64,000 nucleotides of DNA from an uncultured Clostridia bacterium (GTDB taxonomy: Bacteria > Bacillota > Clostridia > TANB77 > CAG-508), in assembly GCA_934121925.1 (NCBI GenBank), contig CAKOVK010000003.1, positions 6,118 through 70,117 of the forward strand, read 5' to 3'. The position numbers and the translations under genes were made by a program. Position 1 is the first letter of the stretch, and each line of letters starts with the position of its first letter. Positions 36,893 through 45,437 of this stretch are shown piece by piece. Under the pieces are notes generated by a model, which saw only the letters and a list, made by a program, of their open reading frames with translations, had not been told where the DNA came from and did no database searches.

Positions 36893-37361
36893 TTAAAACG
36901 CCTCCAAACTCTTTTTCTAGTTTTCTTTTTTCTGTATAATGTACCTTAGTTCTTGTTATTTGATGAATCATGTCACATATTATTCCGTTACTGTATGGGA
37001 AAGACCATCTATCTTGACCAAAATATTCAATTCCTCTTTCAGCTTTTTCTTCCAATTCACCTATTTGTTCTTTATCTAGCTTACAATAAATTATATATTC
37101 TAATTCTCTATACATTTTTTCCACAACAACTTTGTACTCATCTAACCAATCCCATTTTATTTCTTCTATAAATTTAGGCTCTGCATATCTTATTATCTCT
37201 TTCCCGCAAAATGGACAGTATTTTATATTTTCTTCAAAATGAAATGGTTGAAACATATCTTCTTCAAAATATATTTCTTTTTTACAATTTGAGCATTCAT
37301 GATATTTATATACTTCGCCTTCATACATCGGTGTTAATATAACTTCATCTGCTGTTTTCAC
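36873..37361 (-). CDS. hypothetical early protein with zinc ribbon (CSNC...CPFC)
   Basis: 162-aa ORF. Confidence 0.5.
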   Translation of the reverse strand: MKTADEVILTPMYEGEVYKYHECSNCKKEIYFEEDMFQPFHFEENIKYCPFCGKEIIRYAEPKFIEEIKWDWLDEYKVVVEKMYRELEYIIYCKLDKEQIGELEEKAERGIEYFGQDRWSFPYSNGIICDMIHQITRTKVHYTEKRKLEKEFGGVLSGEKNK

Positions 37362-37367
37362 TATGTA

Positions 37368-37565
37368 TCACTCCTCTCTCTTACTATACGTTAAACAAGT
37401 ACACGTATTATCTTCAGACATAAATGTATCACTAGAACCATCAGCATAAAAACTAATAAGAGTATGCTTAGCTTTACATTTATAAGCTGGTTTGCCACTT
37501 ATCGTAAAGTTTTTACACTTTGTTTTACTTCTAAATTTGCAATTTTCTTTTTCACAGAACAACAT
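37368..37565 (-). CDS. small Cys-rich hypothetical protein
   Basis: 65-aa ORF. Confidence 0.4.
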   Translation of the reverse strand: MLFCEKENCKFRSKTKCKNFTISGKPAYKCKAKHTLISFYADGSSDTFMSEDNTCTCLTYSKREE

Positions 37566-37568
37566 ATC

Positions 37569-37853
37569 TTATTTACTCCTCTCAACTAAATATTCACATG
37601 TTACCATTCCATTTAATATTAATTCGCACATAAAATCTTGTGCTGTTCTTATATCACTATATCTACAATTAGCATTTTTGTGTATTCGTGGGTCTGTATC
37701 TTCCCATTTATTAATATCTATCATTACAGGACTTAAAAATATGTATTGTATTCCTCTTGAAAAGCATAGATAATAACAACTATCATAAGGCTTTTTACAT
37801 TTTTTAAATCCAATTTTTTCAAATTCTTTCATATCTACTATTGGTACTAACAT
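37569..37853 (-). CDS. hypothetical early protein
   Basis: 94-aa ORF. N-terminus MLVPIVDMKEFEKIGFKK. Confidence 0.45.
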   Translation of the reverse strand: MLVPIVDMKEFEKIGFKKCKKPYDSCYYLCFSRGIQYIFLSPVMIDINKWEDTDPRIHKNANCRYSDIRTAQDFMCELILNGMVTCEYLVERSK

Positions 37854-37860
37854 ATTTTAT

Positions 37861-38119
37861 TTACTCCTTTACTACCAAATTTGCTTTGATTAAATCTTGT
37901 GTATATTCTTTTATTTTTTCTTCTTCTCCGCTATACCCTATATAATCTCCCCAGTTGCTATTTTTTCTTTTTTTAAATACTAAAATTTTTCTATCAAAAA
38001 TGTTTATCTGAACTCGATAATCTTTTTCATATTTTCTGTAATAATTATCATATTCTAATAATTCGTATCCGATATTTTTCAAGTTCTTTTAAATCTACAT
38101 CATCTCTTATTTTTAACAT
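37861..38119 (-). CDS. hypothetical early protein, frame interrupted at in-frame CGG 38071
   Basis: A strong SD (AGGAGG) precedes ATG 38119, giving MLKIRDDVDLKELEKY and then an in-frame CGG. The +1 frame continues GYELLEYDNYY..., which is track ORF 37861..38082. That track ORF's own TTG start has no SD. Confidence 0.5.
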
Positions 38120-38121
38120 AT

Positions 38122-38445
38122 CTATTCTCCTCCTAATAACTCTGGATTATCGTATATGTTGCCTATTACTTTTAACTTAAAGTTATTTATTTCACATTGA
38201 TATAACATTAATAATGTATCTTTAGATTTAATAGCAAAGCAACCATTTATAAATTTGACTTTTCCTCTTTCTAGTATGCAAGGTCTTGTTATTTCAACTA
38301 TATCTCCCTCATATATTTCTTTTCCGTTTTTATCGTGTAGTCCAGTGTATTGTCCTATTGTTTCTGTATTAACTTGATAGCACAATGATTTTTCAAAATC
38401 TCCTATTTGATATATATCTTCGTTTGTAAAATGTTCCATTGTCAT
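38122..38445 (-). CDS. YopX-family protein
   Basis: GQYTGLHDKNGKEIYEGDIV...VIGNIYDNPELL, typical of YopX. Confidence 0.75.
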   Translation of the reverse strand: MTMEHFTNEDIYQIGDFEKSLCYQVNTETIGQYTGLHDKNGKEIYEGDIVEITRPCILERGKVKFINGCFAIKSKDTLLMLYQCEINNFKLKVIGNIYDNPELLGGE

Positions 38446-38498
38446 TAAATCACCATAATGCCATCCTCCGTTTTGATTTTCCTCTAAACTTTATCTCT

Positions 38499-39023
38499 CT
38501 ATTCATCTTTATTCACTTCCATTCTTTTAATTAAATTGCATACTTTATCTTTACTTATATTTCCTTTTGTATTTTTTATTAGGTCTATTATTGTTGCTTT
38601 AAAATTCATTATTGCAGAATCTATGTTATCTTGAATTAAATTATCTGTATTTTTTAATTGCTCATCTACTTGTAATTGTTTAATTTTATAAGTATTTACT
38701 AAATCATTAAGCTTATATATTTCTTCTTGTTTTTCATTTAGTTTTGTTTGTAATTCATTTATTTTGTTTTTATTCTCTTCTTCTCTGGTTTTAAATTCTT
38801 CTAATGTTACTAATGCTCCATCATATAATAATTTGTATTTGGATTTTTCTTCTAATTTTAATTGTAATTGTTCATTTTCTTGCTTAATTTCTCTTATTTC
38901 TTGATATCCATTTAACAAATATTGTTTTAAATCTGGAACTTTTATTTGTTGTACATCTGGTAATTTTTCTTCTATAATCATTTCAGCTTTTTGTTTATTT
39001 TTAAATAAATTAACTAATTTCAT
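38499..39023 (-). CDS. hypothetical coiled-coil protein
   Basis: 174-aa ORF. Confidence 0.5.
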   Translation of the reverse strand: MKLVNLFKNKQKAEMIIEEKLPDVQQIKVPDLKQYLLNGYQEIREIKQENEQLQLKLEEKSKYKLLYDGALVTLEEFKTREEENKNKINELQTKLNEKQEEIYKLNDLVNTYKIKQLQVDEQLKNTDNLIQDNIDSAIMNFKATIIDLIKNTKGNISKDKVCNLIKRMEVNKDE

Positions 39024-39315
39024 CTTCTCCTCCTACTATCTTTAATATTTCTAATACATAATATTCTTTACCTTTCTCAGCTCCCCATTCTTCTTTGCCT
39101 TGTCCTACTCTTAATTTACATCTGCACTTTATTTTTGGAGACATTTTAGAGTAACCATTTCTAAATATTATCTCTGCTGTTTTATCTTTGTAATTTAATC
39201 CAAATATCTTTTTAAATCTAGTATGGTAGTATTTTTTAAATTCTCTATACTCTTCTTTCTTCTCTCCGCTTGCAATCATGTCAAACCATTTCTTTTTAAT
39301 TGGTAATATTAACAT
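39010..39315 (-). CDS. ASCH-domain protein
   Basis: ILPIKKKWFDMIASGEKKEEYR...IIFRNGY, an ASCH-like pattern. Confidence 0.6.
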   Translation of the reverse strand: MLILPIKKKWFDMIASGEKKEEYREFKKYYHTRFKKIFGLNYKDKTAEIIFRNGYSKMSPKIKCRCKLRVGQGKEEWGAEKGKEYYVLEILKIVGGEDEIS

Positions 39316-39745
39316 TTGTTTCTCCTTTCAGCATTAATTGATTATTCTTAAATGCTTGATATAATGTTTGCCCGTTATTGTTTACCATATATGATAAAAA
39401 TATTTCTTCCATCTCCACCATTTCAGCTTCTAGTATTGCCATTTGTGCGTCTATCCAATCTTTTATTATTCTCCATGCTACTTTATTTGCTTGTTCAAAG
39501 GTATCTTTAATTTGATTATTATTTTTTCTTTGATTTTTTAAAACTTGTAATACTCTGTCTGTATTTGAAGGTAACCTAATACCCAATTCTCCCCTAGGAG
39601 TCATAATTTTAAAACATAACCCTATTACATTTCCATTGTTATATTCTGTCATAATCGCTGTAGCTCCATGTTTACTTAACAATCCTTGTATTTCTCCTAT
39701 TGTTTTATTTACATTTATTGTTGTTGTATAATTTTTTATTGCCAT
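39296..39745 (-). CDS. hypothetical early protein
   Basis: 149-aa ORF. Confidence 0.5.
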   Translation of the reverse strand: MAIKNYTTTINVNKTIGEIQGLLSKHGATAIMTEYNNGNVIGLCFKIMTPRGELGIRLPSNTDRVLQVLKNQRKNNNQIKDTFEQANKVAWRIIKDWIDAQMAILEAEMVEMEEIFLSYMVNNNGQTLYQAFKNNQLMLKGETNVNITN

Positions 39746-39774
39746 AATCTTTTCCTTTCTAGGCTAGACTTAAT

Positions 39775-40149
39775 CTAGCCTTTATTATTTCTTTCTCTTG
39801 TATATGGTTCATTATCTAAATCTCTACCTTTTACGTATTCAAATTCATCTCCTATATTTATATTGTTATATACATCTTTCGAAACATAATAATAATTAGT
39901 TTCCCATTTATTATTTATAAATTTCTTTATATAAACTATATATCTATCAGGATATGTATAAAGATAAGGTATCATTGTTACACTTGTTGTTTTTCCATTG
40001 TATCTTGTAATTGGTATCATTCTAACTTCTTTATGTGACTCTTTAAATTCTTTATTATAAACTTCTCCTGAAGTTAATTTATTTCCACATCCACATAGTA
40101 CTATTAATACTATTATTAAAATTACTACTAAACTAACTATTTTTTTCAT
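39775..40149 (-). CDS. prophage lipoprotein
   Basis: MKKIVSLVVILIIVLIVLCGCGNK, a signal peptide with a lipobox (L-C-G-C). Confidence 0.65.
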   Translation of the reverse strand: MKKIVSLVVILIIVLIVLCGCGNKLTSGEVYNKEFKESHKEVRMIPITRYNGKTTSVTMIPYLYTYPDRYIVYIKKFINNKWETNYYYVSKDVYNNINIGDEFEYVKGRDLDNEPYTRERNNKG

Positions 40150-40168
40150 TTTACTTTCTCCTTTCTAC

Positions 40169-40318
40169 TCAATTCTTATTTTCATACGTTTTTGTTGCAT
40201 AATATGATATTGTATTTACTTTCACACCTATGCATTTTGCTATCTCTTTTTTAGTGCCTTCGGTTATGAACTTATCTCCCTTGTATAGTGCATAAATACC
40301 TTCGTTTTTTCTTTTCAT
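40169..40318 (-). CDS. small HTH-like protein (49 aa)
   Basis: ATGA overlap with the upstream stop. Translates MKRKNEGIYALYKGDKFITEGTKKEIAKCIGVKVNTISYYATKTYENKN. Confidence 0.4.
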   Translation of the reverse strand: MKRKNEGIYALYKGDKFITEGTKKEIAKCIGVKVNTISYYATKTYENKN

Positions 40319-40828
40319 CTTTCCTCTCCCTTGAACTTATTCAACACTCTTTGATTTCTTTTCCTCTTATACTCCTCGAACGCTTTTTGTTCTTCTAGTG
40401 TTGTTTCATAGGCGGGTATTTCTATTACTTTCTCTGTTTTTGATTCTATTAATTCTACTTGTTTAACTCCTTTAGCTGTTAGTTCTGCTACTGCTATTTT
40501 GAATCCATAATCTAGCTGTCTTTTATGTTCTTGAAACATATCATTCATTTGTCTTTGTTTTTCTTTACTTTGTCTATTAAACCATTCGTGATTTTCTGCT
40601 GATAATAATGCTCCATTTTCAACTGTTGCTTTTCCGTCCTTTTGATTTCTCATGTATATGATGATAAGTTAGTTGTTTCATTCTGTGATATTGTGCTTTA
40701 CCAGTATATTTTCTTTCTGTATCAGTTCTTAAATGTAGTTTTTCTATAAAGCACTCTTTGCCATATAATCTTATCAATGCTTCTTTTGCTTTTTTATTAC
40801 TACTCATAGCCTTCTCCTCTTTCTTCAA
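40315..40828 (-). CDS. HNH endonuclease, frame interrupted at in-frame CGG 40636
   Basis: Track ORFs 40619..40828 (..LTYHHIHEKSKG then RKSNS*) and 40315..40653 (..GKATVENGALLSAENHEWFN) join into one HNH motif if the C at 40636 is skipped. The likely start is ATG 40807. Confidence 0.7.
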
Positions 40829-41159
40829 GTTTCATGCTTGAATAATATTCTCCGTAAAGTTGAATCCAGTCATCTAGTTTCATTGTAACTAGCCAGTTTT
40901 TTTTATTTTTTCTATGAAATACAGTTGGGAACTTATTGTCTTTCGTATCTCTTACTGCTTGTTCAATTGATTCATCTATGTTTAACCTTTCAACTCTTTT
41001 ACACTCAATATGTATATAATCAAGTCCTACTACATCATCAGCTTGTCCTGTATTTCCACAAAATTGTTGTGTTCTTCTGCAGTTATAACCATATTCTTTT
41101 AATTTATTTGCTAGCTCTCTTTCGCCTTTTGCACCTTTTCTTTTACTGTTAATACTCAT
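40800..41159 (-). CDS. PD-(D/E)XK nuclease, Holliday-junction-resolvase-like
   Basis: KRKGAKGERELANKLKEYGY...DVVGLDYIHIECK, a D..E.K arrangement. Confidence 0.5.
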   Translation of the reverse strand: MSINSKRKGAKGERELANKLKEYGYNCRRTQQFCGNTGQADDVVGLDYIHIECKRVERLNIDESIEQAVRDTKDNKFPTVFHRKNKKNWLVTMKLDDWIQLYGEYYSSMKLEERGEGYE

Positions 41160-41306
41160 ATCTTCATCTGTACTCCTTCTATTATTTTTTTACATATATC
41201 TAGCCCTGACTTTTCTCTATATTCACAGTTATCTGCGTTTATGTTTTGCTCTGCTAGTCCGACAGCCTAGACAAAGTCCTTTTTGTATTGATTCTTTACA
41301 GTCCAT
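41156..41306 (-). CDS. small Cys-rich protein, frame interrupted at in-frame CGG 41261
   Basis: MDCKESIQKGLCLGC then CGG. The +1 frame gives GLAEQNINADNCEYREKSGLDICKKIIEGVQMKI and ends in an ATGA overlap with the next gene. Confidence 0.4.
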
Positions 41307-41309
41307 AGG

Positions 41310-41486
41310 CTAGTCCTCGAATATTTTTTCAAAACAATCTTGGCATAAGTCTATTTGCCTTTGTTTTCTAAATCCTAAACTAAATCCATTTGCGTTTTTC
41401 TCTTTTTTCATAACATCCATTCTTATTTCATTTTCTGCATCTATTTCTTTTTGACATTTGTCACATATTATTTTATTTATTTTCAT
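41310..41486 (-). CDS. small zinc-ribbon-like protein (58 aa)
   Basis: SD GGAGG. Translates MKINKIICDKCQKEID...DLCQDCFEKIFED. Confidence 0.45.
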   Translation of the reverse strand: MKINKIICDKCQKEIDAENEIRMDVMKKEKNANGFSLGFRKQRQIDLCQDCFEKIFED

Positions 41487-41495
41487 AACTACCTC

Positions 41496-41750
41496 CTAAT
41501 CTATTCTTGTTACATGGTCCATATTTTCTGCTGTCATATCTACTAAATAATATCTCTTGTACTCTGTCTTTTCTCCAAATCTATTTCTATTGCTTTCCCA
41601 TTCTGTTTTAAACTCGTAGCCCTCTTTCTTTAGTTGGTCTATTCTTGCTCCTAGCTGTGTTATTCCTAAGTCTGCGTATGCTTCCCAGCTAGATATTGAC
41701 CCAAACTCTCGTATGTAATTTATAATCCTATCTTTTTGTGTTGTTTTCAT
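41496..41750 (-). CDS. winged-helix DNA-binding protein
   Basis: RIINYIREFGSISSWEAYADLGITQLGARIDQLKKEGYEF, a wHTH pattern common in phage early regions. Confidence 0.55.
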   Translation of the reverse strand: MKTTQKDRIINYIREFGSISSWEAYADLGITQLGARIDQLKKEGYEFKTEWESNRNRFGEKTEYKRYYLVDMTAENMDHVTRID

Positions 41751-42301
41751 ACCTTTACTCCCCTTCTAAAGTTTCCTCTTATGATATTTTTTATATCTTC
41801 GCTTATTATTGGGCTATTTTGAAGCATTTTCATACTTCTAACTATTTCATCGTTTGTTGGTTTGTTTTCTTGTATATTTAGCCCTGTTTCTGCTATTGTT
41901 GGTATATAATATTTGCTTTTATTTTTAGGGTCTGCACATTTTGTTCCGTCATATCTTTCACACCTTCCACAATCGCATACAGCTGAATATTTATACTTTT
42001 TGTTGTTTATCTCTTTTGTGTAAAATATGTAACCTGTTCCGTTGCATTTTTTACAACTACTTTTTATTTCTCTTTCTTCTTTTTTTGCTGTGTAAGGTAT
42101 TTGTTTATGTACTTGTAAAATATCTGCTAGTCTAGGCATAAATTTGTTTGTTTTGTAGATGTCTGATAATACATAATTAAATCTTTCTACACTCATAAAC
42201 TTTAGATTTTCATACCAAATATCTCTTTCAACTTCGTTTAATGTTTGTCCGTAAAAATTTTCTATTTGGTCTATATAGCACTTAAATTCTTTCCTATCCA
42301 T
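41747..42301 (-). CDS. putative helicase loader (G39P-like N-terminus) with zinc ribbon
   Basis: 184 aa following the replisome organiser gene. CKKCNGTGY...CDCGRC. Confidence 0.4.
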   Translation of the reverse strand: MDRKEFKCYIDQIENFYGQTLNEVERDIWYENLKFMSVERFNYVLSDIYKTNKFMPRLADILQVHKQIPYTAKKEEREIKSSCKKCNGTGYIFYTKEINNKKYKYSAVCDCGRCERYDGTKCADPKNKSKYYIPTIAETGLNIQENKPTNDEIVRSMKMLQNSPIISEDIKNIIRGNFRRGVKV

Positions 42302-43016
42302 CTTTTTTTACCCATTCATCCCAATCCATTTCTTGTTTTTTAGGCTGATTTCTTTTTACTGCGTCTACTACCCATTTTTTTATACAAAGATAATGAGATT
42401 TGGCTTTGTATCCTTTCATTTCAATGTACTCGTCTAAATATTTGATAAGTTCCTCCCAGTTTTGGTAATTTTCTTTCAGTGTCTGCAATTCTTCATCTTT
42501 CAACAGCACATTTTTATACTCTCCGTATTTATGTTTTCTGTTGGCTTTTGCAGTATCAGCTGGAGAAGCTTCTTCGGAAGCTGGTAAATTATCTATACTA
42601 TCCTTACCTAACCTATCCTTACCTAACCTATCCTGTGTCGACGGTTCGTCGACGGTTCGTTGACTGATATTATTAATCAATTTATAACTCTTATTTTCAT
42701 CTAATGTTAACATAGCTTTTTGTTCTTTATATTGTGTTTCATTATAAGTATCTTTTCTTATGTAATTATGTATTAACCAATGCTTTATTACGACTATTCC
42801 ATTTTCAAAAGGAATAACAAATTTCTTCGCAATAAGGACTTTCAAATCGTCATCCGACGCTCCTGTCATTCTTATTATTTTTTTAGGACTATTTATGAAT
42901 CCGTCATCATCTGCTCTCATAGATAAATCATAATAAAGCAATCTTGCGGATGTAGGCATGTCCAGAAAAGCGTCACTATCTATTATTGTTTTAGCAAACA
43001 TCCTTCGTTCTGCCAT
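42294..43016 (-). CDS. phage replisome organiser (DnaD-like)
   Basis: MAERRMFAKTIIDSDAFLDMPTSARLLYYDLSMRADDDGFINSPKKI matches the replisome-organiser N-terminal region. Confidence 0.8.
   Translation of the reverse strand: MAERRMFAKTIIDSDAFLDMPTSARLLYYDLSMRADDDGFINSPKKIIRMTGASDDDLKVLIAKKFVIPFENGIVVIKHWLIHNYIRKDTYNETQYKEQKAMLTLDENKSYKLINNISQRTVDEPSTQDRLGKDRLGKDSIDNLPASEEASPADTAKANRKHKYGEYKNVLLKDEELQTLKENYQNWEELIKYLDEYIEMKGYKAKSHYLCIKKWVVDAVKRNQPKKQEMDWDEWVKKDG
42598..42664. repeat. tandem direct repeats inside the replisome organiser gene (putative phage origin iterons)
   Basis: CTATCCTTACCTAAC x2 plus a partial copy (42598..42634), then GTCGACGGTTC x2 plus a partial copy (42637..42664). Confidence 0.55.
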
Positions 43017-43056
43017 TTCTTTCTCCTTTCGTAAAAATCAGAGGTTAAGTTTGTGC

Positions 43057-43312
43057 CTAACCTCTGTTGCTATTTTTAATTTTTATTTCTCCAGTATGTA
43101 TTTTTGTATGGCATATTCTACATACTTCTATTAAATTTTCTTTTGTGTCATTTCCTCCAGAGCCTTTTGTTTTTATGTGGTGTTTTTCTGTTCGTCCTTT
43201 TTTACCACATATTTCACATATTCCGTTTTTTATCTTGCAAAAGTTTTTTATTTTTTATTCTTTTTTCTTTAGGTACTGGATTAAATGAATTATTTAGATT
43301 TGTTACTATCAT
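43057..43312 (-). CDS. small HNH endonuclease, frame interrupted at in-frame CGG 43225
   Basis: ATG 43312 (SD GAGGT) gives MIVTNLNNSFNPVPKEKRIKNKKLLQDKK then CGG. The +1 frame gives GICEICGKKGRTEKHHIKTKGSGGNDTKENLIEVCRICHTKIH. Neither part is in the ORF track. Confidence 0.6.
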
Positions 43313-43751
43313 TTTCTATATACCTCAACTTTTCTATTTCACTTGGGGTCAATGTAGGTATTCCTAGTTGCTGTGCTTCTTGTATTACCCCATCCAAAAG
43401 TACTCTAAATTCGTTTTTGTCCATTTGAGAACTGCCTTCATATACTTTATATATTTTGAAATTTACTCCGCTTATTTTGGCTTCTCGTTCGAAATTATAG
43501 TATTTGAAAAACTTTGATACATCTATATCAGCTCTTATTGTTACTAACATTGATTGAGAATAGTCTTTTATCATTTTTAAATACGTATCATCTTTTGATA
43601 ATCTCATTTTGTTTGCAATTTCATTAATTAAACTCCACAAATACGCATTTTGTGTAAGAGTTCTTTTTTCTTTATGTTCTTTTATCTCAAATAGCTTTTC
43701 TCTTTTTTGATTAAACAACCATTTTACTAACGTTTCTGCTGTCCCTATCAT
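43290..43751 (-). CDS. NinB/Orf-like recombination mediator
   Basis: RTLTQNAYLWSLINEIA resembles the NinB RSxxQNxxxW motif. Confidence 0.5.
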   Translation of the reverse strand: MIGTAETLVKWLFNQKREKLFEIKEHKEKRTLTQNAYLWSLINEIANKMRLSKDDTYLKMIKDYSQSMLVTIRADIDVSKFFKYYNFEREAKISGVNFKIYKVYEGSSQMDKNEFRVLLDGVIQEAQQLGIPTLTPSEIEKLRYIENDSNKSK

Positions 43752-43760
43752 AATTACCTC

Positions 43761-44060
43761 CTAAAAAGGCAATTGGCTATTATTAATTTCTTCCTGCTCT
43801 TCTTTTTCAAATTTCATTACTACTATTTTTGGCATTGCTAATCCATCTTTATTTTTGTAAAAACTCATAAAGCTTTCTATTATTGTTATATCTGTTTTGT
43901 TTTCTATTGTTGTGCCTTTTGGAAATTGTACTGCAATATACATTTTGTCGTATGTTCCATCAATGTTTTTACTACTGATACTTGTACTATAAACTGTTTT
44001 CCCGTTAAGCTCTTTTGCAAATATTCTTGTTGTCCCTACTAATTGTAAATTCTGTTTCAT
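43761..44060 (-). CDS. single-stranded DNA-binding protein (short OB-fold type)
   Basis: 99 aa with an acidic tail ending in LPF (EEQEEINNSQLPF), as in SSB C-termini. Confidence 0.5.
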   Translation of the reverse strand: MKQNLQLVGTTRIFAKELNGKTVYSTSISSKNIDGTYDKMYIAVQFPKGTTIENKTDITIIESFMSFYKNKDGLAMPKIVVMKFEKEEQEEINNSQLPF

Positions 44061-44639
44061 TTAATCCTCTTTTCTTGGAAATGTTCCCTTTTTCAAACAT
44101 TCCATTAATATTTTTAAATTAGGTAAATACTCGTTGTTTATAAAATCTTCATCATATTCTACTTTGTGAAATTTAACTCTATCTAAATCAATTTCATTAA
44201 AATAGTTTTTATAATCACTTTCCTGCAATGCGTATGAAACTATATATATGTTTCTAGTATTGTACGCATACATTTCTACTTGTGCTTGCCTCCAATATTG
44301 TTTTGACACTTTAAATTCTTTGTTTATATTGTGTGTTTTCACTTCATAAATGCAATCCCTTGTGTTTCCGTCTAAATTTACTCTTAATCTGTCTATTATT
44401 ATCTGTTTATCAAATTCTAGCTCTGGAATATTTAGTGCTGATAAAATTTTATGTTCATAATTGTTTCCTGCTTTTGTTGCCTCATTGCTAAAACTATTTT
44501 TGTTTAATGCTAATTTTTCAAGCCACCAATTTTCAAAAGATTTTGTTCCCCAATTTCCAACTACAAAGCTAGTATCACTTGCACCTATAAAGCCACTCCT
44601 ATCTTGACTTTGTATCAATGTTTGATAAATCCTTTTCAA
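44061..44639 (-). CDS. YqaJ-like PD-(D/E)XK exonuclease
   Basis: 192 aa. GFIGASDTSFVVG and a D..E.K core (NLDGNTRDCIYEVKT). Confidence 0.55.
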   Translation of the reverse strand: MKRIYQTLIQSQDRSGFIGASDTSFVVGNWGTKSFENWWLEKLALNKNSFSNEATKAGNNYEHKILSALNIPELEFDKQIIIDRLRVNLDGNTRDCIYEVKTHNINKEFKVSKQYWRQAQVEMYAYNTRNIYIVSYALQESDYKNYFNEIDLDRVKFHKVEYDEDFINNEYLPNLKILMECLKKGTFPRKED

Positions 44640-44820
44640 AATTGCTTAAAGTATCAAAATAACTAAATATTGCTTTTACCTCATCTTCAGTTTTGTGTAA
44701 TTTTTCTGCAATTTCTATAATTTGTTCAATTTCTTGTAGTTTTCTAAAATGACATACTGCCCTTTGTTCTGCATTATTTGCTTTTTCTTTTAAAGCTCTT
44801 TTTGTTTCCATATTTCTCAT
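44599..44820 (-). CDS. hypothetical early protein
   Basis: 73-aa ORF. Confidence 0.4.
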   Translation of the reverse strand: MRNMETKRALKEKANNAEQRAVCHFRKLQEIEQIIEIAEKLHKTEDEVKAIFSYFDTLSNFEKDLSNIDTKSR

Positions 44821-44829
44821 CTCCTTTCT

Positions 44830-44946
44830 TTACTTTAATAAATAAGCTATAAACATCGCATCATATATAAGTGCTATTCCTGCTATAAGTTCTAACTTTA
44901 ATATGTTTACTGCAAATTTTGCTTTGTTCCATTTATACTTTTTCAT
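44830..44946 (-). CDS. small membrane peptide (38 aa)
   Basis: MKKYKWNKAKFAVNILKLELIAGIALIYDAMFIAYLLK, after AAGGAAG. Confidence 0.3.
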   Translation of the reverse strand: MKKYKWNKAKFAVNILKLELIAGIALIYDAMFIAYLLK

Positions 44947-44966
44947 TTGTATTCACTTCCTTTTCT

Positions 44967-45164
44967 TTAATTAAACCTTTTCTCCATAAACTCATCAGTT
45001 TTACTCATATCTACTCTTATAGTTTTTTCTGCTACATATTTTTTAGGAAACCCTTCCATTGCTACTATCTTGTATGCTAAAGCTTTACTTAAATCGTAGT
45101 AATCTTGAAAATATTTAACTGGTTTCCATATTGCTCTTTTTGTTGAACATATATTAGTTGCCAT
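44967..45164 (-). CDS. small DNA-binding protein (excisionase-like HTH, putative)
   Basis: The likely start is ATG 45164 after AGGAGG (the track ORF extends to 45179). Second gene of the lytic early transcript. Confidence 0.35.
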   Translation of the reverse strand: MATNICSTKRAIWKPVKYFQDYYDLSKALAYKIVAMEGFPKKYVAEKTIRVDMSKTDEFMEKRFN

Positions 45165-45180
45165 TTTTACCTCCTTCATT

Positions 45181-45408
45181 TTAATTTACTTCTTTCGCTA
45201 TCGTTTCACAATTAGTGAAAGTAAAAGGTATAAAAATATCAAGTATTTCACATTCTAAAACTTTTGCTATTGCTTCTGCTTTATTTTTAGGAATTTTTCT
45301 TTGATTATTTTCATACATATTATAGCATCCAGTTGAAACATCTATACTATCTGCCATAAATTGTTGAGTATAACCTTTTTCTAATCTTTTTTTTTCCATT
45401 TCTGTCAT
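45181..45408 (-). CDS. Cro-like XRE-family repressor
   Basis: 75 aa, HTH YTQQFMADSIDVSTGCYNMYENNQRK. Divergent from the CI-like gene. Confidence 0.7.
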   Translation of the reverse strand: MTEMEKKRLEKGYTQQFMADSIDVSTGCYNMYENNQRKIPKNKAEAIAKVLECEILDIFIPFTFTNCETIAKEVN

Positions 45409-45437
45409 TAAATTTCGCCTCCTTGTTTTTACTACTT

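Noticed and set aside
38446-38470. A CGG in the spacer before the YopX gene as a ninth recoding site.
   Set aside because: The CGG is part of the SD-like ACGGAGGA and no ORF enters it. The only element there is a 3-codon mini-ORF (ATG GTG ATT TAA) overlapping the YopX ATG.
42598-42664. Tandem repeats as a CRISPR array.
   Set aside because: There are only about 2.5 copies of each unit, with no spacers. The repeats lie in frame inside a coding gene.
34764-43312. Interpreting the five broken prophage genes as evidence of a decaying, defective prophage.
   Set aside because: The same lesion type (an extra C giving an in-frame CGG before a Gly codon) occurs twice in host spoIVA and once in another host gene. 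All large structural ORFs are intact, so random decay does not fit.
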